From Sulfurimonas sp. (lineage in GTDB: Bacteria > Campylobacterota > Campylobacteria > Campylobacterales > Sulfurimonadaceae), in assembly GCF_041583195.1 (NCBI RefSeq), contig NZ_JBFHGL010000009.1, positions 32,481-96,480 on the forward strand: a stretch of 64,000 nucleotides of DNA, read 5' to 3'. This document shows, piece after piece, positions 27,731 through 37,501 of this stretch. The notes beneath the pieces were generated by a model. That model was not told where the DNA came from. It searched no databases and was given only the letters and a program-made list of their open reading frames with translations. The position numbers were made by a program, and so were the translations under genes. Position 1 is the first letter of the stretch; each line of letters starts with the position of its first letter.

Positions 27731-28527
27731 ATGAACAAAACTTGATTATACAAAGTATAAAAGACTTTTTAACTCCAAAGATGATCAAATACTCTTTAGC
27801 ACCAATTGTTGTAACGCTTATTATTATGTATGTTATGTTTTTTATTCTTGCAGGCATCGGGGCAGATCATATATCTCAAATGCATATTCAGGCCCAACAA
27901 AGTACAATACAAAACGGTGTAACTCATACGCAAAGCATAGATACTTACCTTGAGGACACTGCACTAATCCAGTTTCTTATGAGTTATGCAGCTACAGCTT
28001 GGATAGCTACATTTTTAATCTATGCACTTGGTGCTTTTTTAGCACTTTATGCATCTATTTTCATTGCAATTATAGTTATAGGTTTTGTAACTCCTTATGT
28101 GTTAAAAGAGCTTCAAAAAAGGCATTATCAAGATGTAGAGCTTATAGGTTATTCAAATATTTTTACTGCCCTGCTTTCTACTCTAAAATGGATAGGAATT
28201 ATGCTTTTACTTTTTATACTTCTAATCCCATTTTACTTTATACCTTTTATAAACATCATAGCCTTTAATTTTCCTCTGTACTACTTCTTTCATAAGATGC
28301 TAAACTACGACATAAGCACCAATATGACTACAAAAGATGAAGCGCTGGAGATCAGATATAAGAACAAAACTATGCTTAGAATTAAAACTCTTCTGCTTTA
28401 TCTTATAAGTCTTGTACCTTTTGTAATATTTTTTACAACAGTATTTTTTGTAATATATTTAGGTCATACTTACTTTTTAGAAACCAGAAAACTAAGGGTT
28501 AAAGATGCGATACCTTCTTCTAATTAG
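27727..28527 (+). CDS. EI24/CysZ-domain membrane protein
   Basis: Multiple TM helices, LLIPFYFIPFINI motif; C-terminal tail overlaps the next gene by 23 nt. Confidence 0.75.
   Translation: MNEQNLIIQSIKDFLTPKMIKYSLAPIVVTLIIMYVMFFILAGIGADHISQMHIQAQQSTIQNGVTHTQSIDTYLEDTALIQFLMSYAATAWIATFLIYALGAFLALYASIFIAIIVIGFVTPYVLKELQKRHYQDVELIGYSNIFTALLSTLKWIGIMLLLFILLIPFYFIPFINIIAFNFPLYYFFHKMLNYDISTNMTTKDEALEIRYKNKTMLRIKTLLLYLISLVPFVIFFTTVFFVIYLGHTYFLETRKLRVKDAIPSSN
28488..28495 (+). repeat. 8-bp direct repeat AAAACTAA, left copy (candidate island junction)
   Basis: Identical to 43546-43553; lies just before the SD of the LolA-like gene. Confidence 0.45.
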
Positions 28528-29230
28528 TCTACTATTAAGCTCTGTTTTTGCTTCCGAAGCAGACGAGATCATCAAAAAACTGGATAAAAACTTTCGCGGT
28601 GATAGTATCTATATGAAGATCTCAATGAATATAAAATCACTTCGTCATGAAAGAACAATCAAAATGGAGACATGGGCAAAAGGAAAAAACAAAAGCTTTG
28701 TAAAAATAACATACCCTCCACGCGATAGAGGAATCACATTTTTAAGTTTAGAAAACGAGATGTGGAACTATGTACCCAAAATTGAACGTATTATAAAAAT
28801 TCCTCCTAGTATGATGCTTCAAAACTGGATGGGAAGTGACATATCTAACGATGATATGGTAAAACAAAGCTCTATAATTGATGACTATAATGCAAAAATT
28901 TTAGAAAAAGACGGTCATATTGTTACGATAGAACTTAGTGCAAAAGAGGATGCACCGGTTGTTTGGGGTAAAATAATTTCTAAAATAGATACAAGATACT
29001 ATGTCAGTCTAAAAGATGTTTTTTATGATGAATACGGTGAAGAAATTAGATTTTTCAAATATGAAAACGTTAAAAAATTTGGAAAATACTATTTGCCAAC
29101 AATATGGAAGATCCAACCAGTAGATAAAAAAAACAACTTAACAACTATGATAGTTGAAGATGTTAAATATGATCAAGAGATCTCTGATCAGTACTTTAAA
29201 AAATCAGCACTTAAGCGCTTTAGTAGATAA
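28505..29230 (+). CDS. LolA-like 'outer membrane lipoprotein-sorting' periplasmic protein
   Basis: Signal peptide; GITFL, WNYVPKIERIIKIPPSMMLQNWMGSDISNDD. Confidence 0.85.
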   Translation: MRYLLLISLLLSSVFASEADEIIKKLDKNFRGDSIYMKISMNIKSLRHERTIKMETWAKGKNKSFVKITYPPRDRGITFLSLENEMWNYVPKIERIIKIPPSMMLQNWMGSDISNDDMVKQSSIIDDYNAKILEKDGHIVTIELSAKEDAPVVWGKIISKIDTRYYVSLKDVFYDEYGEEIRFFKYENVKKFGKYYLPTIWKIQPVDKKNNLTTMIVEDVKYDQEISDQYFKKSALKRFSR

Positions 29231-29239
29231 AGGTAAAAA

Positions 29240-30451
29240 ATGTTTTGGCTAGCTGTTAAAAATATACTTTTTTATAAAGGTCGCTCAATTACAACCTTTA
29301 TACTTACATATTTTTCAGCTACACTTTTTATTGTTTATGTGGCTTTTATGGACGGTTCACATATATCTATGCTGCATAATTCACTCAAAGTATATACAGG
29401 CTCAATTCAGATATATCAAAAAGATTACCGTGATGAAGGCGGATATGATTATCTGATCTATGACAATAAAAAAATCACTGATATTTTAGACAAAACAGAT
29501 GGCATAAAATCTTATACATCAAGAATAGAAACTTTTGGAATTGCTTCTACAAAGGATGAATCCTCAGCTATGATGCTCACAGGTGTCGATTTTGAGCGTG
29601 AAGCAAATATAAGCGAGTTAAAAAATGCTCTTGTAGATGGTGTGTATAATTCTCAAGGAAACTGTCTTTATATGGGTTCAGATCTAGCAAAAAGGCTGGA
29701 TGTAAATATAGAAGATAATGTAAGCTTTGTAGGTAGCGCGATTGATTATTCTTTTGCGGCAGACAACTTCAAAGTATGCGGTACTTTTAAAACTGGAATG
29801 TATGAGTTTGACAGTTCCTCTGCATTTTTAAACAGGGAATATTTTGACCAGTTATTTTTCTCTAAAAACACATCATCATATATAGTTTTAAATGTAGATG
29901 ATCTAAATAATAACGATCTTGTTGCACAATTAATCAGAAACAAACTAGATTCTAAATACCGTTTATATACATGGCAGGAACTTATGAGTGCAATGGTTGA
30001 AGCTATGGAGGTTGACTCAATATTCGGATACATTTCTATGAGTCTGTTTTTCATAGTAATATTTTTTGTAATTTTAATCTATGGCTTTATCAATGTAAGT
30101 TCACGTATCAAAGAGTTTGGAGTATTAAAAAGTATAGGTCTTAACAACTCTCAAATAGATAAACTTCTGATATATGAGATGCTTATTCTTAGTTTATCTG
30201 CTCTTCTTTTTGCTACCATAAGTGGTGGATATACTGCACATTTTTTTGAGATAAACCCGATAATCATAGAGGGAATGAGTGAGCTGTATAAAGATTACGG
30301 AATCATATCAGACGAGATCCCTACACACTTTAGTGTCTTTACGATCAGCTGGAATGTAGGGCTTATCTTGGTACTGAATCTTTTAAGTGTTATATACCCG
30401 ATCATATACTTAAGAAGATTCAATCCTATTGAGGCGATGCGTCATGTTTAA
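29240..30451 (+). CDS. MacB/LolE/FtsX-type ABC permease
   Basis: LAVKNILFYKGRS, large periplasmic domain, SRIKEFGVLKSIG, four-TM topology. Confidence 0.88.
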   Translation: MFWLAVKNILFYKGRSITTFILTYFSATLFIVYVAFMDGSHISMLHNSLKVYTGSIQIYQKDYRDEGGYDYLIYDNKKITDILDKTDGIKSYTSRIETFGIASTKDESSAMMLTGVDFEREANISELKNALVDGVYNSQGNCLYMGSDLAKRLDVNIEDNVSFVGSAIDYSFAADNFKVCGTFKTGMYEFDSSSAFLNREYFDQLFFSKNTSSYIVLNVDDLNNNDLVAQLIRNKLDSKYRLYTWQELMSAMVEAMEVDSIFGYISMSLFFIVIFFVILIYGFINVSSRIKEFGVLKSIGLNNSQIDKLLIYEMLILSLSALLFATISGGYTAHFFEINPIIIEGMSELYKDYGIISDEIPTHFSVFTISWNVGLILVLNLLSVIYPIIYLRRFNPIEAMRHV

Positions 30452-31655
30452 CACAATACTATCACTTGCTCTAAAAAACGCTTTTTTAAGAAAAATTCGT
30501 GCAAGTCTTCTTGTACTTATGATAGCTGTTAGTATGAGCGTAATGCTAAGCATTGAAGGTTTATATGACGGTATGACTGCAAGTATGATTGATAAGTCTC
30601 TCAGAAGCGACAGCGGTGAGATCACTATATTTGAGAAAAACTATAGACTAAAACAAGATGTAAAGTACTCTATAAAAAATGCTACAAGTATAAAAGAGGA
30701 AATTGAAAAACTAGACGATGTTAAAAGTGTAGTTACAAGGTTAAAAGTAAGTGGTCTTGCAGGGAGTGCAAAAGCATCTTATCCATCTGATCTTATAGCA
30801 GTTGATTTTAAAGATGAAGAAAAGTTCGGAGAGTTTAGCGAATTTATAAAAGAGGGAAATTTAAAACTCGGTAAGAACGGTTGTGTTATCGGCAAAAAGC
30901 TTGCAAAGAACCTGAAACTGCGTCTAAATTCAAAAGTGATCTTCACATCACGCGATGCTAATAACAACATAGTTTCAAAACTATTTCGTATAAAAGCGAT
31001 TGTTCAGTCTACAAATATAAACATAGACAACAAAGCTATACTAGCTCCAAAGAAAAGTGTTTACAAACATTTAGGTTTAGATCCAAACAGTGCTACACAA
31101 ATTGCTATAAGGACAGATAACCCTAAACTAGTTGAGACTATTAAAACAAAATATACAAATCTTGATGTAATGAGTTTTTGGCAATACAACCCTCTATTGA
31201 CTCAGATGCAAGATAGTATGGTTATATTTAACTCGATAACTTTCGGAATTGTTATGGGTGTCGTATTTATAGGTATACTTGGTGTTATGTACGTGTCTAT
31301 ACTCGATAGAATCAGAGAGTTTGGAATTATGCTCTCTGTTGGTTATGGATACAGATATATAAGAACTCAGGTTATGCTTGAAGCACTTACTCTTGGACTA
31401 ATAGGATTTATATTTGGTTCTATTTTAAGTGTGATTTTTCTTTACTACTTAAGAGTTTACGGACTTGATATGAGTGAATTTTCAGACGGTTTTGCATCTT
31501 TTGGAATGAGTAGTATTTTATACGCCGAGATTAAATTCAGTTACTTTTACTCAACTTTTTTTGCAATTATGATCGCATCTGTTCTAAGTGTGTTTTTACC
31601 GCTGAGAAAGATCAAAAAACTTACACCTACAGATGTTATAAGGAACAGCCTATAG
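30444..31655 (+). CDS. MacB/LolE/FtsX-type ABC permease (second)
   Basis: LALKNAFLRKIRA, DRIREFGIMLSVG; ATG 30444 after GAGG SD overlaps the previous stop. Confidence 0.88.
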   Translation: MFNTILSLALKNAFLRKIRASLLVLMIAVSMSVMLSIEGLYDGMTASMIDKSLRSDSGEITIFEKNYRLKQDVKYSIKNATSIKEEIEKLDDVKSVVTRLKVSGLAGSAKASYPSDLIAVDFKDEEKFGEFSEFIKEGNLKLGKNGCVIGKKLAKNLKLRLNSKVIFTSRDANNNIVSKLFRIKAIVQSTNINIDNKAILAPKKSVYKHLGLDPNSATQIAIRTDNPKLVETIKTKYTNLDVMSFWQYNPLLTQMQDSMVIFNSITFGIVMGVVFIGILGVMYVSILDRIREFGIMLSVGYGYRYIRTQVMLEALTLGLIGFIFGSILSVIFLYYLRVYGLDMSEFSDGFASFGMSSILYAEIKFSYFYSTFFAIMIASVLSVFLPLRKIKKLTPTDVIRNSL

Positions 31656-31669
31656 TTTTAAAAAATGAG

Positions 31670-32662
31670 CTATTTGAATTGAAAAGATAAATTTATACGG
31701 GCAAAACTTGCCGAATCAGGATTTGTAACCGTAGACTGTGAAGGAAAAAGATCTAATGAAATATTAAAATTTTCCATATACCAGCTTACTCCGAAGTTCA
31801 CTATAGGAAGAAAGTAAGAACGATCGTAACTGTAGCCAAGCCGTTTGCTCTCATCATAAAGGTAAAGGTATGCTATTGCATTTAAATAAACTCCACCATG
31901 TATATCCCAACCCATAGATGAACTTTTTTTATCTAGTTCGATCATGTCACCTTTGGAACTGTTAAATAAACCACTAGCACTCTCAAAATTAAAAGGCATA
32001 TTCTGTCCATATCGTATAGAGCTGCCTACCCCTGCCCCACAATAAAAGTTACCTACATCTGCATAATAACTATTAAACCATTCAAAACGCATAGAGTTAC
32101 TGTAACTGCCAATATATTGTTTTATACCATGGGTATAACCTATTTGAGCTACTATTTTAGTGTCAAGCTGGTTATCCCATCCTTTTGGATCGGTCGTATC
32201 GACAATGGTGTGAACAGTTTTTTGTAACTGCTCTGCTCCTGAATCAGGTCCTATAATCCCTATAGTGAAACGATATTCATCAAATTTTTTTTCATTCCAT
32301 GACAAAAGTGAAAAACTACTACTTAGAAGTCCCATATACGGAATGTCATTATATATAGGTTCGCTACTTTTAAGTTCACTGGGCGTTATGATCATCTCTT
32401 GAACGCTTATAGTACCTGCAAGTTTTCGATTTTTAAATGTTACACCTGTAAGTTCTACCGTATCACTTAATAGTTTAACGTAAGATTGACTAAACCCTTC
32501 AGTGGTGTTATTATCATATTCATTACTTATCCAGCCAATTTGCAGACCTGCACTATAATGGTCATCCGAATCAAAAACTAAATCATTGTCATGTAATATA
32601 TAAATGCTATCTGCATATAAAGGAAGTGCTAACATCCAAAATAATAATATATTTCTCTTCAT
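31670..32662 (-). CDS. lpxR: Lipid A 3-O-deacylase LpxR family (DUF2219) outer-membrane enzyme
   Basis: Signal peptide; DND...DDHYSAG, QEMIITP, PYMG, GPDSG, GWDNQL. Confidence 0.75.
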   Translation of the reverse strand: MKRNILLFWMLALPLYADSIYILHDNDLVFDSDDHYSAGLQIGWISNEYDNNTTEGFSQSYVKLLSDTVELTGVTFKNRKLAGTISVQEMIITPSELKSSEPIYNDIPYMGLLSSSFSLLSWNEKKFDEYRFTIGIIGPDSGAEQLQKTVHTIVDTTDPKGWDNQLDTKIVAQIGYTHGIKQYIGSYSNSMRFEWFNSYYADVGNFYCGAGVGSSIRYGQNMPFNFESASGLFNSSKGDMIELDKKSSSMGWDIHGGVYLNAIAYLYLYDESKRLGYSYDRSYFLPIVNFGVSWYMENFNISLDLFPSQSTVTNPDSASFARINLSFQFK

Positions 32663-33786
32663 TAAGAGCTTGCCAAACTTTTGCGAAAAATTGCCAAAGA
32701 TATAAGGAAAAACAACATACCTATAAATACAATTGCCAATAACTCAGGCCAAACTACATCGATACCTGCACCTCTATATAAAACAGCTTGGGCCATACTT
32801 ACAAAGTGACTTGTAGGCATTAGGTACATAACACTTTGAATACCCTCAGGCATACTGTCAAAAGGGGTTACACTTCCAGAGAGTACTTGTAGTGGCAAGA
32901 TTGTCAGAATAACAATTAGTCCAAGTTGCGGCATGGTACGCGCCACAGTTCCCATAAATATCCCCATAGATGTGGTAGCAAAAAGCATTAAGACTGCACC
33001 AAATAAGAATAATGCTTCCGAACCTATTATAGGGACTGCCAATGCCCATTTAATAAGTAAAAACAAAGAGAGTGACGCCGATACTACAACAACTAACCCC
33101 ATAGACCATATTTTAGAAAGCATTATCTCTGTAGCACTTAGTGGCATTACTAAAAGATGTTCAAGTGTTCCATGCTCACGTTCACGAATTAGTGCTGCAC
33201 CAGAGAGTATGATTGAGAGCATTGAGATCTGTTCAATTAGTTTCATAATTCCACCAAACCATAAACTGTCCAGTGTCGGGTTAAACTTTATTCTGGTCAC
33301 CAAATTGATTGGCAAAGATGCACTTGTTTTATAACCATTTAGAAAGATATTCAGTTCATCATTGATCATCTGTTGAATATATCTAGCTCCTATTCCTGCT
33401 TGAGACATCTGAGTAGCATCTATATTGACTTGAATAGTAGGATGTTTTCCCTGCAATATCTCTTTTTCAAAAGAAGGGGGTATAGTTATCACAAAAGTAT
33501 AGACTCCAGCATCCATATTTTTGTCAATCTCATCTGCACCAATTATATCCGGAGAAAGAAATCTAGGTTCGTGAAAAGCTTTCATAAAACGAGCCGAAAG
33601 CGGTGAGTGATCTTCATCTACAAATGCTATTGGTACTTTGTTAAGTTCTGAACTTGTAGATGTAGCACCTATATAAACACCCAAAGAAAATGAGTAGATA
33701 ATTAAAAACAGCATAACTTTATCCTGCCATAGACTTTGCAATTCTTTGAATCCAAGATATAAAATGTTTAATACTCTTTTTTTCAT
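32662..33786 (-). CDS. yhhJ: ABC-2 type permease (YhhJ-like)
   Basis: GFKELQSL, VDEDHSPLS, IREREHGTLEHLLVMP, LSGSVTPFDSMP. Confidence 0.85.
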   Translation of the reverse strand: MKKRVLNILYLGFKELQSLWQDKVMLFLIIYSFSLGVYIGATSTSSELNKVPIAFVDEDHSPLSARFMKAFHEPRFLSPDIIGADEIDKNMDAGVYTFVITIPPSFEKEILQGKHPTIQVNIDATQMSQAGIGARYIQQMINDELNIFLNGYKTSASLPINLVTRIKFNPTLDSLWFGGIMKLIEQISMLSIILSGAALIREREHGTLEHLLVMPLSATEIMLSKIWSMGLVVVVSASLSLFLLIKWALAVPIIGSEALFLFGAVLMLFATTSMGIFMGTVARTMPQLGLIVILTILPLQVLSGSVTPFDSMPEGIQSVMYLMPTSHFVSMAQAVLYRGAGIDVVWPELLAIVFIGMLFFLISLAIFRKSLASS

Positions 33787-36506
33787 TACTTTTCCTGTTT
33801 TTTTAGTGCCATTGCACTAAGCAAGGTAATTACAATAACTGCTATAATCAAACCTATAAAATCATGAACTAAATCCTTAAATTCCAATGCTTTACTAAAA
33901 ACACCGCGGCTTATATTAATAAAAAAAGTTGCAGGAAATATATGACCTATAAAAGCACCTACACCTTCTAACGAACTAACTGGATCTTTTAATCCTGAAA
34001 AGCTGATTGTAGGAAGGAGTGTAGCAATAGCCGTCCCGGCAATTGCAGCAATCTGTGTTTTTGCAAAAGCCGACATTAAAAGTCCCATACCCGTTGTAGT
34101 GGTAACAAATAGGAGTGCTCCTATAATAAGACTTGTCAAGCTCCCTTTTAATGGCACCCCAAAAAGAAATACTGCAAAAAGTAAAAGACCTAAAAACCCT
34201 ATCATACTGATCACAATATAGGGAAGCTGCTTACCTAATAAAAATTCAAAACGAGTTACCGGTGTCGCATAAAAATTGGTAATGGAGCCGAGCTCTTTTT
34301 CACGTACAATACTAAGTGCCATCAATATAGAGGGGATAAATACAAGCAGCATTGGGATAACCGCCGGTACCATAGCGTAAATACTTTTGAAATCCTGATT
34401 ATAACGGTAACGCATCTCAATATTGGCAGCAGACAAGCTTGGTGTATATCCTAGTGTTTGACGAGCTAATGAGAGTATATAGTCGTAATGCATCCCACTT
34501 ATATAGCCTTTAATAGTCTCTGCCCTAAAAGGCATAGCTCCATCTATCCATACACCAATCTCAACTTCACGTCCCTGTTTAAGACTACGCCCAAAACCTG
34601 GGGGTATCTCAAGTGCAACTGATATTTTTCCGCTTTTCATACGCTGATCTAGTTCATCTTGGGAACTAAGAGGGTCTTGTTCAAGAAAATATCTCGAACC
34701 CGATAAATTTTGAATATAGTCTCTACTTTGAGGTGTGCGATCTTGATCAAGCACTGCAAAACGCAGGTCCTCTACATCCATAGTGATCCCATAACCCAAA
34801 GTAAGCATAAGTAAAATTGTACCCATAAGTGCAAACATTAGCCTTATAGGATCGCGCATAAGCTCCAGTGATTCACGATAACTATAACCAAATAGACGAA
34901 GTGGACTAAAGAAACGGTTTGGTTGTTTGGATTGTTCAAACTCTACTACTTTAGATTCACTATCTTTGTCTCTCTTAGCTCCGCCAGCTTCTTCCAAATA
35001 CTCAATAAATGCTTCCTCAAGAGTTTCTTTATTCCGCTCTTTTGTTAGTGTTTCAGGTGTATCACTCGCGAGTACACGCCCCTCATGCATCAGAGATATT
35101 CTGTCACAGCGCTCACCCTCATTCATAAAGTGAGTTGAAACAAATATAGTTACACCGTCATTTCTAGATAGGTCTATCAACAGCTCCCAAAAACGATCAC
35201 GAGATATCGGATCAACTCCCGAGGTCGGCTCATCAAGAATAAGCATTTTAGGATGGTGTACAACAGCTACTGCCAAAGAGAGGCGCTGACGGATTCCAAG
35301 AGGCAGATCAGCAGTTAAAGAATCTTTGTAATGCTCTAAATCAAAACGCTCTATCATCTCATCTACACGCGCTTTTATCTTCTCTTTTGGGATGTGAAAC
35401 AACCTTGCATGCAGCATAAGGTTTTGTAGTACCGTTAATTCACTATAAAGAGAAAAAGATTGTGTCATATAACCGACTTGATTTCTTGTAGTCATATCTT
35501 GAGCATTTGTCGGTTGTTCAAATAACCATGACTCTCCGCTAGAAGGGGTTAAAAGTCCAGTCAGCATCTTCATAGTCGTTGTTTTTCCACAACCGTTTGA
35601 ACCTAAAAAGCCAAAAATTTCTCCACGTTCAATAGAAAAGCTTACATTATCAACGGCGGTAAAATCACCAAAACGCATAGTCAAACCTTTGGCAACAATA
35701 GCTTTTGTATCATCTTCTTGAGTTTTGCGAGAAGGAATATGTAAAACTTCATGCCCTTGACGTTTTGATTTAGGTAGCAAAGTAATAAATGCTTCATCAA
35801 GATTAGTAGTTTTTGTTTCTAATAGAAGTTCCTCCGGTGTTCCGGTAGATAGGATTCTCCCATCATCCATAGCAACAAGCCAATCAAAGCGTTCAGCCTC
35901 TTCCATATAAGCAGTTGCAATGATAACGCTCATACCTTTACGTCTTTGACGAATTCTCTCAACCAATTCCCAAAATTGACGTCTAGATAGAGGGTCCACA
36001 CCGGTAGTCGGTTCATCCAATATCAATAGTTCAGGATCGTGGATAAGTGCACAACAAAGTCCAAGTTTTTGTTTCATTCCGCCTGAAAGCTTTCCTGCAG
36101 GACGATCCCTAAAATTTGTAAGTCCTGTACTCGCTAATAACTCTGTTATTCTTGCATTTCTCTCTCGCTTACTTTGACCAAATAAGCGACCGAAAAAATC
36201 AATATTTTCCTCAACTGAGAGTGACATATATAAATTTTTTCCTAAACCTTGAGGCATATATGCTATACGTGGTCCTATAGCATTTCTTTCACTTTGCAGA
36301 TTAATATCATGATCAAGTACTTCAATAGTACCATCTTGAAGTTTCCGTACACCTGATAGTAATGCAAGTACACTTGATTTTCCTACACCGTCGGGTCCAA
36401 TAAAACCAACCATACATCCTGATGGTATGTCTAAATTTATATTATCCACCGCAACAGTATTAGAATAATGATGAGAAAGATTGGTTATACGGACTACATG
36501 TTTCAT
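33786..36506 (-). CDS. rbbA: RbbA-like dual-ATPase/permease ABC transporter
   Basis: Two NBDs ([16 protein letters not shown]; [16 protein letters not shown]) fused to an ABC-2 membrane domain. Confidence 0.9.
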   Translation of the reverse strand: MKHVVRITNLSHHYSNTVAVDNINLDIPSGCMVGFIGPDGVGKSSVLALLSGVRKLQDGTIEVLDHDINLQSERNAIGPRIAYMPQGLGKNLYMSLSVEENIDFFGRLFGQSKRERNARITELLASTGLTNFRDRPAGKLSGGMKQKLGLCCALIHDPELLILDEPTTGVDPLSRRQFWELVERIRQRRKGMSVIIATAYMEEAERFDWLVAMDDGRILSTGTPEELLLETKTTNLDEAFITLLPKSKRQGHEVLHIPSRKTQEDDTKAIVAKGLTMRFGDFTAVDNVSFSIERGEIFGFLGSNGCGKTTTMKMLTGLLTPSSGESWLFEQPTNAQDMTTRNQVGYMTQSFSLYSELTVLQNLMLHARLFHIPKEKIKARVDEMIERFDLEHYKDSLTADLPLGIRQRLSLAVAVVHHPKMLILDEPTSGVDPISRDRFWELLIDLSRNDGVTIFVSTHFMNEGERCDRISLMHEGRVLASDTPETLTKERNKETLEEAFIEYLEEAGGAKRDKDSESKVVEFEQSKQPNRFFSPLRLFGYSYRESLELMRDPIRLMFALMGTILLMLTLGYGITMDVEDLRFAVLDQDRTPQSRDYIQNLSGSRYFLEQDPLSSQDELDQRMKSGKISVALEIPPGFGRSLKQGREVEIGVWIDGAMPFRAETIKGYISGMHYDYILSLARQTLGYTPSLSAANIEMRYRYNQDFKSIYAMVPAVIPMLLVFIPSILMALSIVREKELGSITNFYATPVTRFEFLLGKQLPYIVISMIGFLGLLLFAVFLFGVPLKGSLTSLIIGALLFVTTTTGMGLLMSAFAKTQIAAIAGTAIATLLPTISFSGLKDPVSSLEGVGAFIGHIFPATFFINISRGVFSKALEFKDLVHDFIGLIIAVIVITLLSAMALKKQEK

Positions 36507-37501
36507 TTGACTCTCTTAATATCCTCTTCAACACTAAGATATTCAGGCCATGGCGTAGAATCATCTAATCTTACATAAGAAACACCTGGAAGACCGCTTT
36601 TTGCATTTCTAAAACCATCTTTGATTATTTTAGGATCAACTTTTACTTTTATACGAAACATCAGTTTAGCACGCTCCTTATCAGTTTCGATCTCTTTTGG
36701 AGTAAACTGTGCTTCCGGTGATACAAAAGTCACAAAAGCAGGTATTGGTTTATCTGGCAATGCATCTACAACTATACGTGCTTCACTACCAACTTCAACA
36801 CGACCTGCATCGGCTGTAGGAAGAAAAATAGTCATAAATGTGTCAGTCAGATTTAAAAGAGTATATAGTTTTGTACCGCTGCCTACAATTTCTCCAGATT
36901 CTACAAGCTTATATAATACTCTTCCTTCAATCGGTGCATACAAACTAGTCTCTTCAATATTTACTTTGATAGTTTCAACTTGCGCTTTTGCAGCTTCTAT
37001 AGAAGCTTCGGCACTAACAACTTGAGCTTTCGCAGCACTCAAAGCTGCTTTAGCACTTTTTAATTTTGTCTCATCTTGTTGTAGTTGTACTAAAGAAATA
37101 TTTTTGTTTACATAGAGTGATTTTGAACGTTCCAGATTCTTCTTGGCGAGAGAAAGTTCACTTTTACGCTGTACTACTATTGCCTTTGAATACTCTTTTT
37201 GTTGTACAGCTTGCTCAACCATAGCTTTTGTTTGTTTTAGTCTTGCTTCAAGTTCTTTAGTATCTAACTTAGCCATCAACTGACCTTTACTAACCATTTG
37301 CCCTTCTTGAACAAACACCTTTTGAACACGACCTGGATATTTAGTAGCTATATCTACTTCCGTCATTTCAAGCCGTCCGTTTCCTGATGAAAACGCATCA
37401 CTAAGCTGATTTGAATTTAAATTTTCTAACATGTAATATGTAATGAAACCGCCGACAACCAAAACTCCAAACAGAAGCTTTTTTAAAATACTTTTATTCA
37501 T
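36503..37501 (-). CDS. yhiI: HlyD-family membrane fusion protein (YhiI-like)
   Basis: N-terminal anchor, [46 protein letters not shown]. Confidence 0.88.
   Translation of the reverse strand: MNKSILKKLLFGVLVVGGFITYYMLENLNSNQLSDAFSSGNGRLEMTEVDIATKYPGRVQKVFVQEGQMVSKGQLMAKLDTKELEARLKQTKAMVEQAVQQKEYSKAIVVQRKSELSLAKKNLERSKSLYVNKNISLVQLQQDETKLKSAKAALSAAKAQVVSAEASIEAAKAQVETIKVNIEETSLYAPIEGRVLYKLVESGEIVGSGTKLYTLLNLTDTFMTIFLPTADAGRVEVGSEARIVVDALPDKPIPAFVTFVSPEAQFTPKEIETDKERAKLMFRIKVKVDPKIIKDGFRNAKSGLPGVSYVRLDDSTPWPEYLSVEEDIKRVK

Noticed and set aside
28480-28505. GAAAACT at the left island junction resembles one arm of the Campylobacterales difH (XerH) site as I recall it
   Set aside because: The second arm (TTTTCAAA) and spacer are absent; the similarity is too short.
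32662-37500. Apparently higher G+C in rbbA/yhhJ (hand counts 26/60 at 35161-35220 versus 14/60 at 29881-29940)
   Set aside because: Spot counts are selective and conserved genes such as valS also look GC-richer; needs a computed sliding window before use as evidence of transfer.
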